This document shows, in pieces, positions 25,610 to 37,569 of a DNA stretch of 64,000 bases; positions within the stretch are counted from its first letter, which is position 1, and each line of letters starts with the position of its first letter. The position numbers were made by a program, and so were the translations under genes. The DNA lies in the IMG/VR virus record IMGVR_UViG_3300020455_000006, positions 58,670 through 122,669 of that record; one strand, given 5' to 3'. The notes below the pieces were generated by a model, which was not told where the DNA came from, ran no database searches, and saw nothing but the letters and a program-made list of their open reading frames with translations. The DNA comes from a virus.

Positions 25610-28600
25610 ATGTCATTTACCTTATCGTCAATCAATAAGACCTTCAACTCAGAGTCAGAAAGTTTTCAACAAACTTTCAATCTGACACATAAGGGTGACT
25701 CTATTTTTAGGAAGAGATTTGATGGGTCAAGTACATCAGTTGTTATAGCAGCTTCTGATACTATTGTCATACCTAATCATTTTTTTATAACAGGTGAGGA
25801 ATTAGTATATGATGCAACTAATTGTAGTGCGATAGGAATCCAACATGGTGTGAATGGTGTGGGAGCAGCGACAACCATGCCACTATCAGTTTTTGCAATA
25901 AAGAAAGGTGAGAATGAACTACAATTAGCAACGAGTAAAGCAAATGCTAAATCTGGTGCTGCGATAGGAATTACGACTGTGGGTATTGGACTTACACATT
26001 CATTTACTGCACAGAAAAGAAATACAAAAGCAATTATAGCGATTGATAATGTCATACAATCACCTCTGTACACAAGAGTAGGTGCTGCTACCACAGTTGT
26101 ACAAGTACAGAATAGAGAGGTGCTTTTAGGAGATGCTTCTTTCTTGAAAGCATATGATCTAATTCAGATAGATGATGAGATCATGAGAATTCAAGTGGTG
26201 GGATATAATGGAAATGCAAATAACTTGCTAGTTGATCGTGAATGGATGGGAACTATAAAGAATGCTCACAATCCAAACACAACGGTGCAGTTGAAATTAG
26301 GTGATTATAATATTATAAACGATAGGATAACTTTTTCTGACGTACCCTTTGGTGGTAATAAAGAAACTGTAGGTGTTTCATCAGAGAACTTTACAGGAAG
26401 TAGTTTTTATGCTTTATCAGAATTACTACCTACTGGCACAAAAGTCAAAATAAGATCCCTAAACCCTCCATCTCCTTTACTCGCCAATAATGATTTTTTC
26501 ATAATTCAAGATGCACCTAATACATACAGATTTGCTGAGACAAAAGGTGAAGCACTCGTTGGTATTGGTATAACTCTTATCAATGCAGGTATTGGTACGC
26601 ATCAATTAATATTATCAGACATACCGATTGGATCTGGATTTCAGGGTAGAACATTTATTAGATCTGATTATGATGGTAACTTGATATTGGATGATATATC
26701 GGGCAACTTTACAGGTATAGGCAAATCCTTTACACTAACTTCAGATGGATCAAATACAACTGGTATCACCAGTGATTTTGGTGCAATACTTATAAACAAT
26801 ATCTTCCAAAAACCAGATATTGATTATGACTTTATTAGTAGTTCAAGTCCTGGTATTACATCAGTAAGATTTACTGGTAATGCTAATAAAGATTATGTTT
26901 CTGAATCTTACAGTGTTGCAGATGTCAATGCAAACAATCTTCCAAGAAAAGGTATAATTATATCTATCGGAAACACACAAGGTTATGGATACCAAGATCA
27001 AAGAGCAGGTATTGCGACAGCAGTGGTGTCAGGACTTGGCACGGTTACAGTGTCTATGGCATTTACGGGTTCAGGATATACTAACGGACCTTCGACATAT
27101 CAAGTATATGTAAGAGGTGGTAGTCCTACCACAGGTGCTGCTGGAACGTTTACGGTCAGAGCAGGTCATATAGAAAATATATTCATGAACACAGTTGGTG
27201 TTGGATATACTTGGACTGATGTACCTAAGATTGATTTTGATCATCCAGTGCCATATGATGATCTCAAATTAGTAAGTTCAGGAACAGGTATTGGTGCATC
27301 AGTTTCTGTGTCCGTTGGAGTTGGTCTTAGTATAATAAGTAGCAATCTTATAAACACTGGATATGGATATACTGCTGGAGAGCAACTTCAAGTTGTTGGT
27401 ATACCAACTAACGTAGGTATAGGAACCACATTCCAACATGCGACATTTACCATAAGTGAGACACAGGATGATGAATTTGCTGGATGGGTATTTGGTAAAA
27501 TGCAGGTTCTTGATAATTTCTCTCATGAATTCAATGACAGGAGACGTGTATTTACACTGACTGAAGATAGTGAACCTATTAGTATTGAATCTGATACTGG
27601 TAGTTTGATTGATTTAGATCAAGTATTAATGATATTCCTCGATGATGTATTACAGAAACCAAATGAGGCATACACATTCAATGGAGGAACTCAAATAGAA
27701 TTCAAAGAAGCACCTAGAGCAGGGTCTTCTTTACAAGTTCTTTTCTATAGAGGAACTGACGCTGATATATCACTCTTGACTGCACCTGAAAGCATCAAGA
27801 AAGGTGATAAGATACAAATACTAAAAACACCATCTAATCCTTCGTTCTTGAGTCAAGATCAAAGAATTATTACAGATACAATTGCAAGAGATACTCTTCA
27901 AACAAACGTTTACAAAGGACAGGGTATAACAGGTGCTAATGGATCAACTATAAGACCAATTGTTTGGAGTAAGCAACAAGACGATATTATTGTGAACGGT
28001 GAAGTAGTTTCTAAATCTAGAACAGTATATGCTGGAAGAATATTCCCTGTGTGTAAGGCAATTAGAAGCATTGCTTCAAATCACACATCAGTTTACGCTG
28101 ATGCTGGTAGTCTTGGATTTAGAAAAACTGAAGAACCTGATGATGCAGAATTCAATGTAAGAATTATTGACACTCAAAATAATACTGGGTTTGGTTCTAC
28201 TACTTTTGTCATGCCAATAAAAGATATTGAGGGTATAGGATGTTCGGGTGATGAAGGTCACATTGTCGGTATAGGTGTATCTGCACAGGCAATCACATTT
28301 GAATTTTTCATACCTAAAAATTCACCACTCAGAGAAAATCAATTTGGTTCTATTACTAAAACAGGAATAGGAACTGGTGATTACTTTATCGTCAGTCGTT
28401 CAAATGTTGGTGCAGTTGGTGGTGGTGTCACAGCATTATCACAAACAAGAGCATCTACAGTTGGTATGGGTAACTCATTTATAGACGGTGTTTATCAAGT
28501 GGGTCACATACAACCACTCGCAGGTATAGGTGAGACTATGCGAGTTATAGCAAACGTTGAAACTAATCATCAACTAAACTTCACAGGTCTTACATCAGGT

Positions 28601-28753
28601 GTAGGTGCGTTCTATGGTGAGTTTAGTTGGGCGAAATTTACCACAGGGGCGATTGGAACATCATTCACAGTGAATACACTTGAGGGTCTGACTGGACTTT
28701 CAACTGCTCCAGAAATTCAAAGAACGAATAAATTACTTCTTGACTACACATAA
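25610..28753 (+). CDS. Virion structural protein (VrlC-like)
   Basis: Gly/Thr-rich; ILDDISxxF and F(L/I)xxVLQKP repeats; in the baseplate operon. Confidence 0.7.
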   Translation: MSFTLSSINKTFNSESESFQQTFNLTHKGDSIFRKRFDGSSTSVVIAASDTIVIPNHFFITGEELVYDATNCSAIGIQHGVNGVGAATTMPLSVFAIKKGENELQLATSKANAKSGAAIGITTVGIGLTHSFTAQKRNTKAIIAIDNVIQSPLYTRVGAATTVVQVQNREVLLGDASFLKAYDLIQIDDEIMRIQVVGYNGNANNLLVDREWMGTIKNAHNPNTTVQLKLGDYNIINDRITFSDVPFGGNKETVGVSSENFTGSSFYALSELLPTGTKVKIRSLNPPSPLLANNDFFIIQDAPNTYRFAETKGEALVGIGITLINAGIGTHQLILSDIPIGSGFQGRTFIRSDYDGNLILDDISGNFTGIGKSFTLTSDGSNTTGITSDFGAILINNIFQKPDIDYDFISSSSPGITSVRFTGNANKDYVSESYSVADVNANNLPRKGIIISIGNTQGYGYQDQRAGIATAVVSGLGTVTVSMAFTGSGYTNGPSTYQVYVRGGSPTTGAAGTFTVRAGHIENIFMNTVGVGYTWTDVPKIDFDHPVPYDDLKLVSSGTGIGASVSVSVGVGLSIISSNLINTGYGYTAGEQLQVVGIPTNVGIGTTFQHATFTISETQDDEFAGWVFGKMQVLDNFSHEFNDRRRVFTLTEDSEPISIESDTGSLIDLDQVLMIFLDDVLQKPNEAYTFNGGTQIEFKEAPRAGSSLQVLFYRGTDADISLLTAPESIKKGDKIQILKTPSNPSFLSQDQRIITDTIARDTLQTNVYKGQGITGANGSTIRPIVWSKQQDDIIVNGEVVSKSRTVYAGRIFPVCKAIRSIASNHTSVYADAGSLGFRKTEEPDDAEFNVRIIDTQNNTGFGSTTFVMPIKDIEGIGCSGDEGHIVGIGVSAQAITFEFFIPKNSPLRENQFGSITKTGIGTGDYFIVSRSNVGAVGGGVTALSQTRASTVGMGNSFIDGVYQVGHIQPLAGIGETMRVIANVETNHQLNFTGLTSGVGAFYGEFSWAKFTTGAIGTSFTVNTLEGLTGLSTAPEIQRTNKLLLDYT

Positions 28754-28779
28754 ATAAACAACAAAAGTCTAATAGTATA

Positions 28780-30318
28780 ATGCCAGCGATCATTACTGAT
28801 CAGATACGAGTCTTGAATGCGTCAAACTTTGTTAGCGGAATAGGAAACGCAAGCAATAGTTATTACGTTTTTATTGGTTTGCCAAATGCTACAGAGAAAG
28901 CTTCGGATTGGAATACAAGCACCCCATCCCCGATTGATAATTTCGATCAGCATGATGACATCTATGATACTCTAATATCTGCTAAAAAAATCAATTCATC
29001 TGATGTACTAAGAGTAGTCTCAAAAATTACTTGGTCTTCAGGAACAATTTACGAGATGTATAGACATGACTATAGCATCAATAAATTGACACCTCAAACA
29101 AGTGCATCTAACTTGTACAATTCTAATTACTATGTGATAAACAAAGATTTCAGAGTATATCTTTGTATATCAAATGGTGCTAGTCCTTCAAATGGTGGTA
29201 ATGGAATCGTTTCGCTGGACGAACCAGTACATACCGATCTAGAACCAAGATTAGAATCTGATGGATATGTTTGGAAGTATTTGTATACTATTAAACCAAG
29301 TGATATTGTAAAATTTGATAGTGCAGATTTCATACCTCTTCCATCTGATTGGTCAATCAACACAGATGTGGCAGATGTAAGAAATAATGCTGTCGATGGT
29401 AAGATTGAGACTGTTATTATTGAAGATGTTGGTAGTGCAAACTATCAATTTACTGGCACAAAAAATAATGTTCCTATAAAAGGTGATGGTTCAGGTGCTC
29501 TTGCTTCTGTTACCTTTATTGATGGTAAACCTTCCTCTGTTCAGGTGACTGATGGTGGAAGTGGATACTCTTTTGCTACTTTAGACTTAGACTCTGTTGT
29601 AACTGGTGCAGGTGCATCATTCTCAGTTATCATACCTCCTTCAGGTGGTCACGGTGCTGATGTATACAGAGAGTTGGGATCAAATAAAGTTTTGATCTAC
29701 TCAAGAATAGAAAATAGTGATATAACAAACCCAGATTTCCCAACAGGAAACCAGTTTGCTCGTATTGGAATAGTCAAAAATCCACAAGTATTTGATAGTA
29801 CAACTGTACTGGATACACCATCTGCATCAGGTCTGTATGGACTTAGATTGGCAGGTGCTGCTACGACAACCATTTCAGTAAAAACTGACGGACAAATAAC
29901 ACAAACAATCAGTGCAGGTACAACTGCTATAGGAAAGATTGTAGGATACGATGCGGTAACAAAAACCTTACAATATTGGCAAGATAGATCACTTGCTACT
30001 GTAGGTGCTGGAAACTCAGTTCCCCGCTTCGGTTACAGTCTAAATAGGTTCACGGCCTCACCAGGTACAGGTGGTAACACTAACATTGTTGTTGATACTA
30101 CAACTGGTACTGAGACATTATCTATTGACACCTCATTCACAGGTGTATCAGTGGATGTAAGTAACAAAAAATACTATTTTGGTCAGTCATACACAAGCGG
30201 TCTTGCCAACCCTGAGATCAAAAAATACTCTGGAGATATTGTATACATTGACAATAGACCTGAAGTTACAAGGGCAACTAACCAACGTGAAGATATTAAA
30301 ATCGTCTTAGAATTCTAA
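28780..30318 (+). CDS. gp8: Baseplate wedge subunit gp8
   Basis: MPAIITDQ.R, YxCxxN, DGYVWKYLYTI, C-terminal QREDIKIVLEF. Confidence 0.93.
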   Translation: MPAIITDQIRVLNASNFVSGIGNASNSYYVFIGLPNATEKASDWNTSTPSPIDNFDQHDDIYDTLISAKKINSSDVLRVVSKITWSSGTIYEMYRHDYSINKLTPQTSASNLYNSNYYVINKDFRVYLCISNGASPSNGGNGIVSLDEPVHTDLEPRLESDGYVWKYLYTIKPSDIVKFDSADFIPLPSDWSINTDVADVRNNAVDGKIETVIIEDVGSANYQFTGTKNNVPIKGDGSGALASVTFIDGKPSSVQVTDGGSGYSFATLDLDSVVTGAGASFSVIIPPSGGHGADVYRELGSNKVLIYSRIENSDITNPDFPTGNQFARIGIVKNPQVFDSTTVLDTPSASGLYGLRLAGAATTTISVKTDGQITQTISAGTTAIGKIVGYDAVTKTLQYWQDRSLATVGAGNSVPRFGYSLNRFTASPGTGGNTNIVVDTTTGTETLSIDTSFTGVSVDVSNKKYYFGQSYTSGLANPEIKKYSGDIVYIDNRPEVTRATNQREDIKIVLEF

Positions 30319-30320
30319 CG

Positions 30321-33300
30321 ATGCCACAGAACACCAACCTAAACGTCAGTCCATATTTTGATGACTTTGACTCAGCAAAAAACTTTAGCAGAGTCTTATT
30401 CAAACCTGGCACACCAGTTCAAGCAAGAGAACTAACCACACTACAGTCTATCCTACAAGGACAGATTGAGAAGTTTGGTAAGCATGTTTTCAAAGAGGGA
30501 TCAATGGTGATTCCTGGTAAATTCAACTACGATCCAGCATATACGTTTGTCAAAATTGAGTCTACATTTTTTGGTGTTCCTGTAGAATCATATTACGATA
30601 AACTTATTGGTCTTAGAATAAAGGGAAAAGAATCTGGTGTCAAGGCAAAAGTTCTTCAAGTATTATCTTCAATCGAATCAGTAACAAATAGTACAACTTT
30701 ATACATCAAGTTTGAAAGTACTTCTGATGATTTACAAAATCAATATTTTGCTGATGGTGAAAATTTAGTTACTCTTACAGATTTCACATACGGATCTACC
30801 ACCATTACAAGTGGAAGTGATTTTGCTACTTGTATTCTTTCTAATGCCACTGGTACATCTAGTGCATTTACAATGAATAGAGGTGTATATTTTGCCCGTG
30901 GTGCATTTGTGGAGGTACAAAATGAAACGCTTATTCTTGATCAGTATTCCAACTCTCCCTCATACAGAGTAGGTTTCTTTGTCAACGAGGATCTTGTCAC
31001 TGCTGTTGATGATAATAGTCTATACGATAATGCTGCTGGATTCTCCAATTTTACTGCTCCAGGTGCTGATAGACTCAAGATTAGTTTATCACTTACTAAG
31101 AAAGGTCTAACAGATTTTCAAGATGAAAACTTTATTGAGTTGTTTAGAACTGATGAAGGTGAAACAAAACTAATTGTAGATAGAACTGTATATAATCATC
31201 TTGCTGATGAATTTGCCAGAAGAACCTATGATGAAAGTGGTAATTACTTTGTAACTAAGTTCGATTTGGAAGCGAAAGAATCATTGAATGATAGGTTTGA
31301 TTATTTTGGAACATACTATGGTAATCAAAAAACAGAAGAAGGTAATAGTCCAAGTAAAGATCTATTGAACATAAGAGTAGGTCCAGGTAAAGCATACGTA
31401 AGAGGTTTTGAGGTACAAACATCTGGTCACGCTTACTTAGATGTAAAGAAACCAAGAACCACACAAGAAATTGAAAACTCTGCAGTTCCATTTCAAGCAG
31501 GTAATAGACTAAGAGTCAATAATGTATTGAGTGCAGCAAGAATAAATCTTGCTGCTGCTACTTCCGATTATGTTGATCTTAGAAGTGCTAGATTAGGATC
31601 TACTAAATCATCTGCTGCAGGTAGTAGTATAGGAAGAGCAAGGATATATGATTACAAACTTCAAAACGCTGGATATACAGGTGATACATCAGTATATGAA
31701 TTATATTTGATGGACATCCAGACAGATACGCAGTTAGTTCTTAATCAAGCACATACTATAAATGTTCCTGCAATTGTTGAAGGTGCATCAAGTGGTGCTA
31801 AAGGTTACATAAGAAGTGCTGTCAGTAATTCTACAACAGTTACCTTGAATCAAACACAAGGTAAGTTTATTATTGATGAAGCAATCATCATCAATGGTGT
31901 TCAAGATGGTAGAATAATTACCTCTGTGACTGAGTATGACCTTGCGGATGTAAAATCAGTAAGATCGACTGCAGCAAGTAGAACTTTTGCTGCTGATGTG
32001 GTATTAGAAACTAAAAAAGATTTCGGTGGAAGATCGTTTAGTATTACGAATGGGGGTGCGGTAACAAGTGGTACAACTGGTTGGGTACCTGAGTTCAAAG
32101 TTGGTGATGTAGTTTCATATAAGATAGCTGCTAATAATGACATCACATATAATGTGGTTGATGCTATAAGCACATCTGGTAATACCATAACTCTTGTCGC
32201 TGCACCTGATACTGTTTCTGGAGTATGTCACAAGGCATTACCAAGTTCCACTGTTACTGTAAGTGGTTTGCAAATATTGTCATCTAAGATAAAAGAATCT
32301 ACAGCTGGGTTCTTGTATGCACAGATGCCCAATACCAACATAGAGTCAGTTGACTTGACAGATTCAACTCTCTTCTTGAGAAAGGAAGATACTTCTCAGA
32401 GTACTGATGGTAATGGTCAATTAACTCTTCCTTCATTGACTGGAACTGATTTAGTGTATGCTCCATTTGATGAAGAGAGATATAATGTAACTTATAATGA
32501 TGGATCAGTACAAGCACTTACATCTGATCAAGTTGTTATTGCTGCTGGTAGTAAATCAGTTACAATTTCTGGATTGACAGCAAGTCAATCAGGTAATGTT
32601 GTAGTACAAAGTACACATCAAAAGAGTAAGGTAAAATCAAAGCAAAAGTCTCTTACAAGAAATGCAATTACACTTATAACAAAATCAAATAGATCATATT
32701 CTGGTGTAAGTTCATCAATCACTGATGGTCTAACACCAAGTGATGTATTTGGTCTTAGAGTTCAAGATAGAGAAATATCTCTTGGAGTACCTGATGTTGT
32801 CAGAGTGACTGCAGTATTTGAATCTTCAGGATCTGGTGCCCCAACAGTTCCCACTCTAACTTTAGCATCCTTCAACGGACCTGCAGGTAATAACTCAGAT
32901 CTTGTTATTGGTGAAGTCGGTGTAGGTAAGAGTTCTGGTGCTTCTGCACTTATTCTTGATAGAAAAGCTGCAAACAAAGTGGAGGTTATTTTTACAAATG
33001 GCAATAAGTTCCAAGATACTGAAGAAGTTACGTTCTCAGAGAGTGGCGTTACTGCAAATCTTTCTTCTTCTTCTGCTGGTGATCCTAACATCAGAAACAA
33101 TTTTATTCTGGATTCAGGTCAGCGAGCTGAATTTTATGATTTTGGTAGATTAGTAAGAAAAGCAAACTTCCCAGAACCACAGGGTCAACTGAAGGTTTAC
33201 TTTGATCATTATGTTATAAACTCAGAAGACTCTGGTGATATACTTACTGCAAGTAGTTATCCACAGCAATATTACGATATCTCACCAGCATTTGAAGATA

Positions 33301-36300
33301 TTAGAAACGTTGATACTATTGATGCACGACCAAGAGTCGCTCCATATTCGGGTTCAAGGTGCCCATTTGAATTTGATGCAAGAGATTTTAGTGCAGGTGG
33401 TCAATCAGCATCTGTATTAGTTTCTGATGAGAATATAACTTTTGATTATAATTTCTATCTTGGTAGAATTGATAGATTATATGTCAATAGGGATGCAACA
33501 TTCACAATAAAGGAAGGTGTACCTGCTGAGAATCCAGTAGAACCAGATCCAATAAATGAGTCATTTGAATTAGCAAGAATTGAATATGCACCTTACGTTT
33601 ATAACGCAACAAAGGATGTCAAGTTAGAATTCCGTGCCAATAAACGCTATACTATGAAGGATATTGGTAAGTTAGAAACTAGAATAGCAAACGTAGAAGA
33701 AGTAACAGCACTATCATTACTAGAATCGAAGACAGAAAGTCTTGTGATAAAAGACCCTGCCACAGGTTTAGATAGATTCAAGAATGGTTTTGTTGTTGAC
33801 CCATTCAATTCATTTGAAGTAGCTGATAAAACAATTGATTCACTCAAATATGATATCAAAGAAGGTAAGTTAGTAGCAAGAAAATTCCATGATAGTATTG
33901 ATCTTCTTCTAGGATCAGAGTCAATTGTTGGAACAAATGGTGCTGCAGACCCTACTGTAGACGCTCGTTTTACTGATGATCTAGGTTCTCCTAATATTAG
34001 AAAGACTGGTGATTATGTAACTCTAGATTATAATGAGGTTGTAGATAGAGAACAACCATTCGCAACAAGAGTTGAGAGTGTAAACCCTTATGCTTTCAGA
34101 GATTGGGGTGGTGTAATGACACTCAATCCAGACTCAGATATATTTGTCAATAGAGTATTCTTTACTGAAGATGGTGGAATAGGATTTAGTAATGACTTTA
34201 TTTCTGAGACAGAACCTGTTCCTCTAATGAGAGAGCAGAACATTGCTTTCACAGCGTCAAGATTGAAACCCAATACTAATATGTTGACATATTGGTCTGG
34301 TATTGACATGATTGAAAACAATGTACGCACCATACCAAAACTTCTAGAAGTTACTCCGATACAGGGTGCTTTCCAAATAGGTGAAACTGTACGTGGACTA
34401 GCGATGTCTACACAAAATAATAGTCAGAGTGCTGACATTAGATTCCGTGTATGTCAACCTAATCATAAGTTTGGTCCGTTCAATGATCCAATAATTACAT
34501 ATCCATCTAATCCATATACTCCATCTCTAGGCATATCATCTTCTTATACAGAAACTTCTACTATCCTCAATGTAGATATGGATAGTTTGAATCAAAAATC
34601 TGATGGAAATTACTTTGGATTCGTAACAACAGGAATGAGACTTGTTGGTGAAACAAGTGGTGCAGAGGCAGACATAACTCAAATAAGACTTATTTCTGAT
34701 GAGTTTGGTGCACTTCTAGGTTGCTATTATATTCCAGAGGGAACATTCCAAAATGGTACTAACACTGCTTCTGTAACAAGCATAAGACCACAAGATGTAA
34801 TAACAGGTCAAAACTTCACATCTGCAGGTGCAGATCATTTCTCTGAAGGGTTTGAGGTCACTGAGACAACAATTACTAGAGTAGAACCAGCACCTCCTGT
34901 AATTCCACCTCCTGTCATTATTCATCATACAGAGGTTATTGAGAGAACTACTGAAAGAGTTATTGTTCAACCTGCTAGAGAAAATGATGATGATCCATTA
35001 GCACAAAGTTTCTATGTTGAAGAAGATACAGGTATATTCTTGACATCTGTAGATTTCTACTTCCTAACAAAATCTGAATCATTACCAGTTGATGTGAGGA
35101 TAGTATCTGTGGAGAATGGATATCCAACCACTAAAGTTTTGAAACATGCGAGAGTCATTTTGACTCCTGATCAGGTAAATGTATCAACAGATGGTACAGT
35201 TCCTACAAACTTCAAATTTACTAATCCAGTATATTGTGTGAAAGGTGAGTATGCATTTGTGATTGGATCTGCTGATGCAGACTATCAGGCATGGATATGT
35301 CAGATAGGTGAAGAAGATATATCAACTTCTGCTTCTCCCGAATTAGGTAAGATCATCGTATCAAAACAACCTACTCAGGGTTCATTATTCAAAGGTCAAA
35401 ATGGATCTACTTGGACTGCTTCTCAGTTAGAAGATCTCAAGTACATAGCATATAAGGCAGAGTTCACAACAGAGGTTGGAACACTAAGATTCTTCAATCC
35501 TGATTTGGGGACTAATGCATCTAGAAATAGATTGGCACCAAATCCAATTGAAACATTCTCTAAGAGAGTAACTGTAGGATTGAACTCATCTATAGTTGGT
35601 GGTTCTGGTTCTGTAGTACATGTGGGATCACAAGTCAAACAGAACAACACCAGTTCAACTGGTTTTGTATCTAATCTTCTTGCACACATTGGTGGTGGTA
35701 ATTCTGGAACCTCACTTCTTATTACAAATGAGGGTACAGGATATGAAGATGGTACTGCTCAAGCAATCTCTTTCAATGCTGTGACAGGTAATGGAACTGG
35801 TGCAACTGGTATTGCCACAGTTTCTGGTGGAGTTATTACACAAATTACAGTCAACAGCACTGGATCAGGATATAGAGTTGGAGATACTCTGACTGGTGCG
35901 ATTGGTGCTAGAGGTTTAGGAAAGAACTTATTAGTAACTGTTGGTGTAACAACAGGTGTGAACGCTATTGAACTTACAAATGTTTCTGGAACTGATTTCA
36001 ACACAACTGATTTGATACAAGTTCAAGATACTAATCTTGGTTATGGAGTTACAATACCAAGCATAATTCCAGCATCAGTAACAACTAATAGTGGTAAATT
36101 TGATGGTAAGCACTTCAGGGTTACCCATGCAAATCATAACTTACACTCTGGTCAAAACAGGGTTGCCATCTCAGGTATTACTGGAGACGCTGTTCCTACA
36201 ACATTGACAGTGGGATATGCAGTCATTGATACAAGTCAAATCAGTGTTGGTAGTAGTTTAGGATTCAACTTCTTTGAGGGTTCACAGGTTACTGCAAGTA

Positions 36301-37406
36301 ATCCTGGTTATGCCTTAATTGGAGAGGAGATAATAAGTTACACAGAGATTGGTAACAATACATTAAGTGGTAGTATAACCAGAGGTATTGATAATACATT
36401 TACACGTACATATATTGTAGGTGATCCAATACAAAAGTATGAATTATCTGGTGTATCTCTAAGAAAAATTAATACAGAGCACAGTCTTGCTGATGTGTCT
36501 AGTAATATTGTTGGTAAGATAACTCTTGATGACTATCATGCTAGAATCACGGGTGATGTTTTATTCAATAGAGACAAGCATGGTGGTGGAGAATCTGGTA
36601 AAGGTTCATCTAATATTCAATTTGAATCAATTGAACCAACACTAAACTTCAGTTCTCCTGAAAATACTAAGGTTGAAGCAAATCTAAGAACATGTAGTGG
36701 AACAAGTATTGGTGGCAATGAAACCTCATTTATTGATAAAGGTTATGCACCACTATCTCTTACTAAAGAAACAAAATACAAAGCACCTAGATTAGTTGCA
36801 TCTCTTGTCAATGAGGCAAATCAGAATGCATTGAAACAATTACCTGGCGGTAAATCACTTACAATGGATGTTGCATTGAGCACATCAGATAAGAATGTAT
36901 CTCCTGTTGTCAATGTATTCAACAGTTCATTGAATACTAAATCATCAAGAGTTAACAGACCTGTTGGAAATTACATTAGTGACAGAAGATCTAACTTACT
37001 TGAAGATCCTCATGATCAGGCATATGTTACTAAACTAATCAAACTAGAAAACCCTGCTACAAGTCTCAAAGTTATATTTGGTGCAAATGTAACTGGATCT
37101 GGTGATGTTAGAGTATTGTATAGATTACAAAGAGTTGATGGTGGTGGTGAAACTGACAAAGTGTTTGAGTTGATGCCTGGTTTTGAAAACTTAGACTCTG
37201 GTGGATTCCTAATAAATGGTAAGAATAATAATGGTAAATCTGACAGAAAGATACCTGCAAGTTTAGAAGGTCAGTTCAATGACTATACATTTACTGCAGA
37301 AAACTTACCTACTTACAATGGATTCCAAGTCAAAGTTGTATTCTCATCAAGTAACCAAGCACAAGCACCTGAATTACTTGACTTTAGGGCGATAGCATTG
37401 GCATAA
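30321..37406 (+). CDS. Large virion structural protein (DUF4815/VrlC-like)
   Basis: NVSPYFDDF, QARELTTLQSILQ, APGADRL, RRTYDESG, DPLAQSF, LFKGQNGSTW. Confidence 0.85.
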   Translation: MPQNTNLNVSPYFDDFDSAKNFSRVLFKPGTPVQARELTTLQSILQGQIEKFGKHVFKEGSMVIPGKFNYDPAYTFVKIESTFFGVPVESYYDKLIGLRIKGKESGVKAKVLQVLSSIESVTNSTTLYIKFESTSDDLQNQYFADGENLVTLTDFTYGSTTITSGSDFATCILSNATGTSSAFTMNRGVYFARGAFVEVQNETLILDQYSNSPSYRVGFFVNEDLVTAVDDNSLYDNAAGFSNFTAPGADRLKISLSLTKKGLTDFQDENFIELFRTDEGETKLIVDRTVYNHLADEFARRTYDESGNYFVTKFDLEAKESLNDRFDYFGTYYGNQKTEEGNSPSKDLLNIRVGPGKAYVRGFEVQTSGHAYLDVKKPRTTQEIENSAVPFQAGNRLRVNNVLSAARINLAAATSDYVDLRSARLGSTKSSAAGSSIGRARIYDYKLQNAGYTGDTSVYELYLMDIQTDTQLVLNQAHTINVPAIVEGASSGAKGYIRSAVSNSTTVTLNQTQGKFIIDEAIIINGVQDGRIITSVTEYDLADVKSVRSTAASRTFAADVVLETKKDFGGRSFSITNGGAVTSGTTGWVPEFKVGDVVSYKIAANNDITYNVVDAISTSGNTITLVAAPDTVSGVCHKALPSSTVTVSGLQILSSKIKESTAGFLYAQMPNTNIESVDLTDSTLFLRKEDTSQSTDGNGQLTLPSLTGTDLVYAPFDEERYNVTYNDGSVQALTSDQVVIAAGSKSVTISGLTASQSGNVVVQSTHQKSKVKSKQKSLTRNAITLITKSNRSYSGVSSSITDGLTPSDVFGLRVQDREISLGVPDVVRVTAVFESSGSGAPTVPTLTLASFNGPAGNNSDLVIGEVGVGKSSGASALILDRKAANKVEVIFTNGNKFQDTEEVTFSESGVTANLSSSSAGDPNIRNNFILDSGQRAEFYDFGRLVRKANFPEPQGQLKVYFDHYVINSEDSGDILTASSYPQQYYDISPAFEDIRNVDTIDARPRVAPYSGSRCPFEFDARDFSAGGQSASVLVSDENITFDYNFYLGRIDRLYVNRDATFTIKEGVPAENPVEPDPINESFELARIEYAPYVYNATKDVKLEFRANKRYTMKDIGKLETRIANVEEVTALSLLESKTESLVIKDPATGLDRFKNGFVVDPFNSFEVADKTIDSLKYDIKEGKLVARKFHDSIDLLLGSESIVGTNGAADPTVDARFTDDLGSPNIRKTGDYVTLDYNEVVDREQPFATRVESVNPYAFRDWGGVMTLNPDSDIFVNRVFFTEDGGIGFSNDFISETEPVPLMREQNIAFTASRLKPNTNMLTYWSGIDMIENNVRTIPKLLEVTPIQGAFQIGETVRGLAMSTQNNSQSADIRFRVCQPNHKFGPFNDPIITYPSNPYTPSLGISSSYTETSTILNVDMDSLNQKSDGNYFGFVTTGMRLVGETSGAEADITQIRLISDEFGALLGCYYIPEGTFQNGTNTASVTSIRPQDVITGQNFTSAGADHFSEGFEVTETTITRVEPAPPVIPPPVIIHHTEVIERTTERVIVQPARENDDDPLAQSFYVEEDTGIFLTSVDFYFLTKSESLPVDVRIVSVENGYPTTKVLKHARVILTPDQVNVSTDGTVPTNFKFTNPVYCVKGEYAFVIGSADADYQAWICQIGEEDISTSASPELGKIIVSKQPTQGSLFKGQNGSTWTASQLEDLKYIAYKAEFTTEVGTLRFFNPDLGTNASRNRLAPNPIETFSKRVTVGLNSSIVGGSGSVVHVGSQVKQNNTSSTGFVSNLLAHIGGGNSGTSLLITNEGTGYEDGTAQAISFNAVTGNGTGATGIATVSGGVITQITVNSTGSGYRVGDTLTGAIGARGLGKNLLVTVGVTTGVNAIELTNVSGTDFNTTDLIQVQDTNLGYGVTIPSIIPASVTTNSGKFDGKHFRVTHANHNLHSGQNRVAISGITGDAVPTTLTVGYAVIDTSQISVGSSLGFNFFEGSQVTASNPGYALIGEEIISYTEIGNNTLSGSITRGIDNTFTRTYIVGDPIQKYELSGVSLRKINTEHSLADVSSNIVGKITLDDYHARITGDVLFNRDKHGGGESGKGSSNIQFESIEPTLNFSSPENTKVEANLRTCSGTSIGGNETSFIDKGYAPLSLTKETKYKAPRLVASLVNEANQNALKQLPGGKSLTMDVALSTSDKNVSPVVNVFNSSLNTKSSRVNRPVGNYISDRRSNLLEDPHDQAYVTKLIKLENPATSLKVIFGANVTGSGDVRVLYRLQRVDGGGETDKVFELMPGFENLDSGGFLINGKNNNGKSDRKIPASLEGQFNDYTFTAENLPTYNGFQVKVVFSSSNQAQAPELLDFRAIALA

Positions 37407-37431
37407 TATATACATTAGATGGTAAAGAATT

Positions 37432-37569
37432 ATGGTCAATGCATGGTCACTTGCAGCAGAAGTATTGGAGGGCACACTAGATGAGACATTCCCAATCAAA
37501 AAGAATCAAGGTGGAGGATCACCCAAATCTGAAGAGGGATGCGAAGACGAAGGCGATAATAAACACTGA
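37432..37569 (+). CDS. Small hypothetical peptide (45 aa) overlapping the next ORF
   Basis: Manual translation MVNAWSLAAEVLEGTLDETFPIKK...; similar small cyanophage ORFs recalled. Confidence 0.45.
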   Translation: MVNAWSLAAEVLEGTLDETFPIKKNQGGGSPKSEEGCEDEGDNKH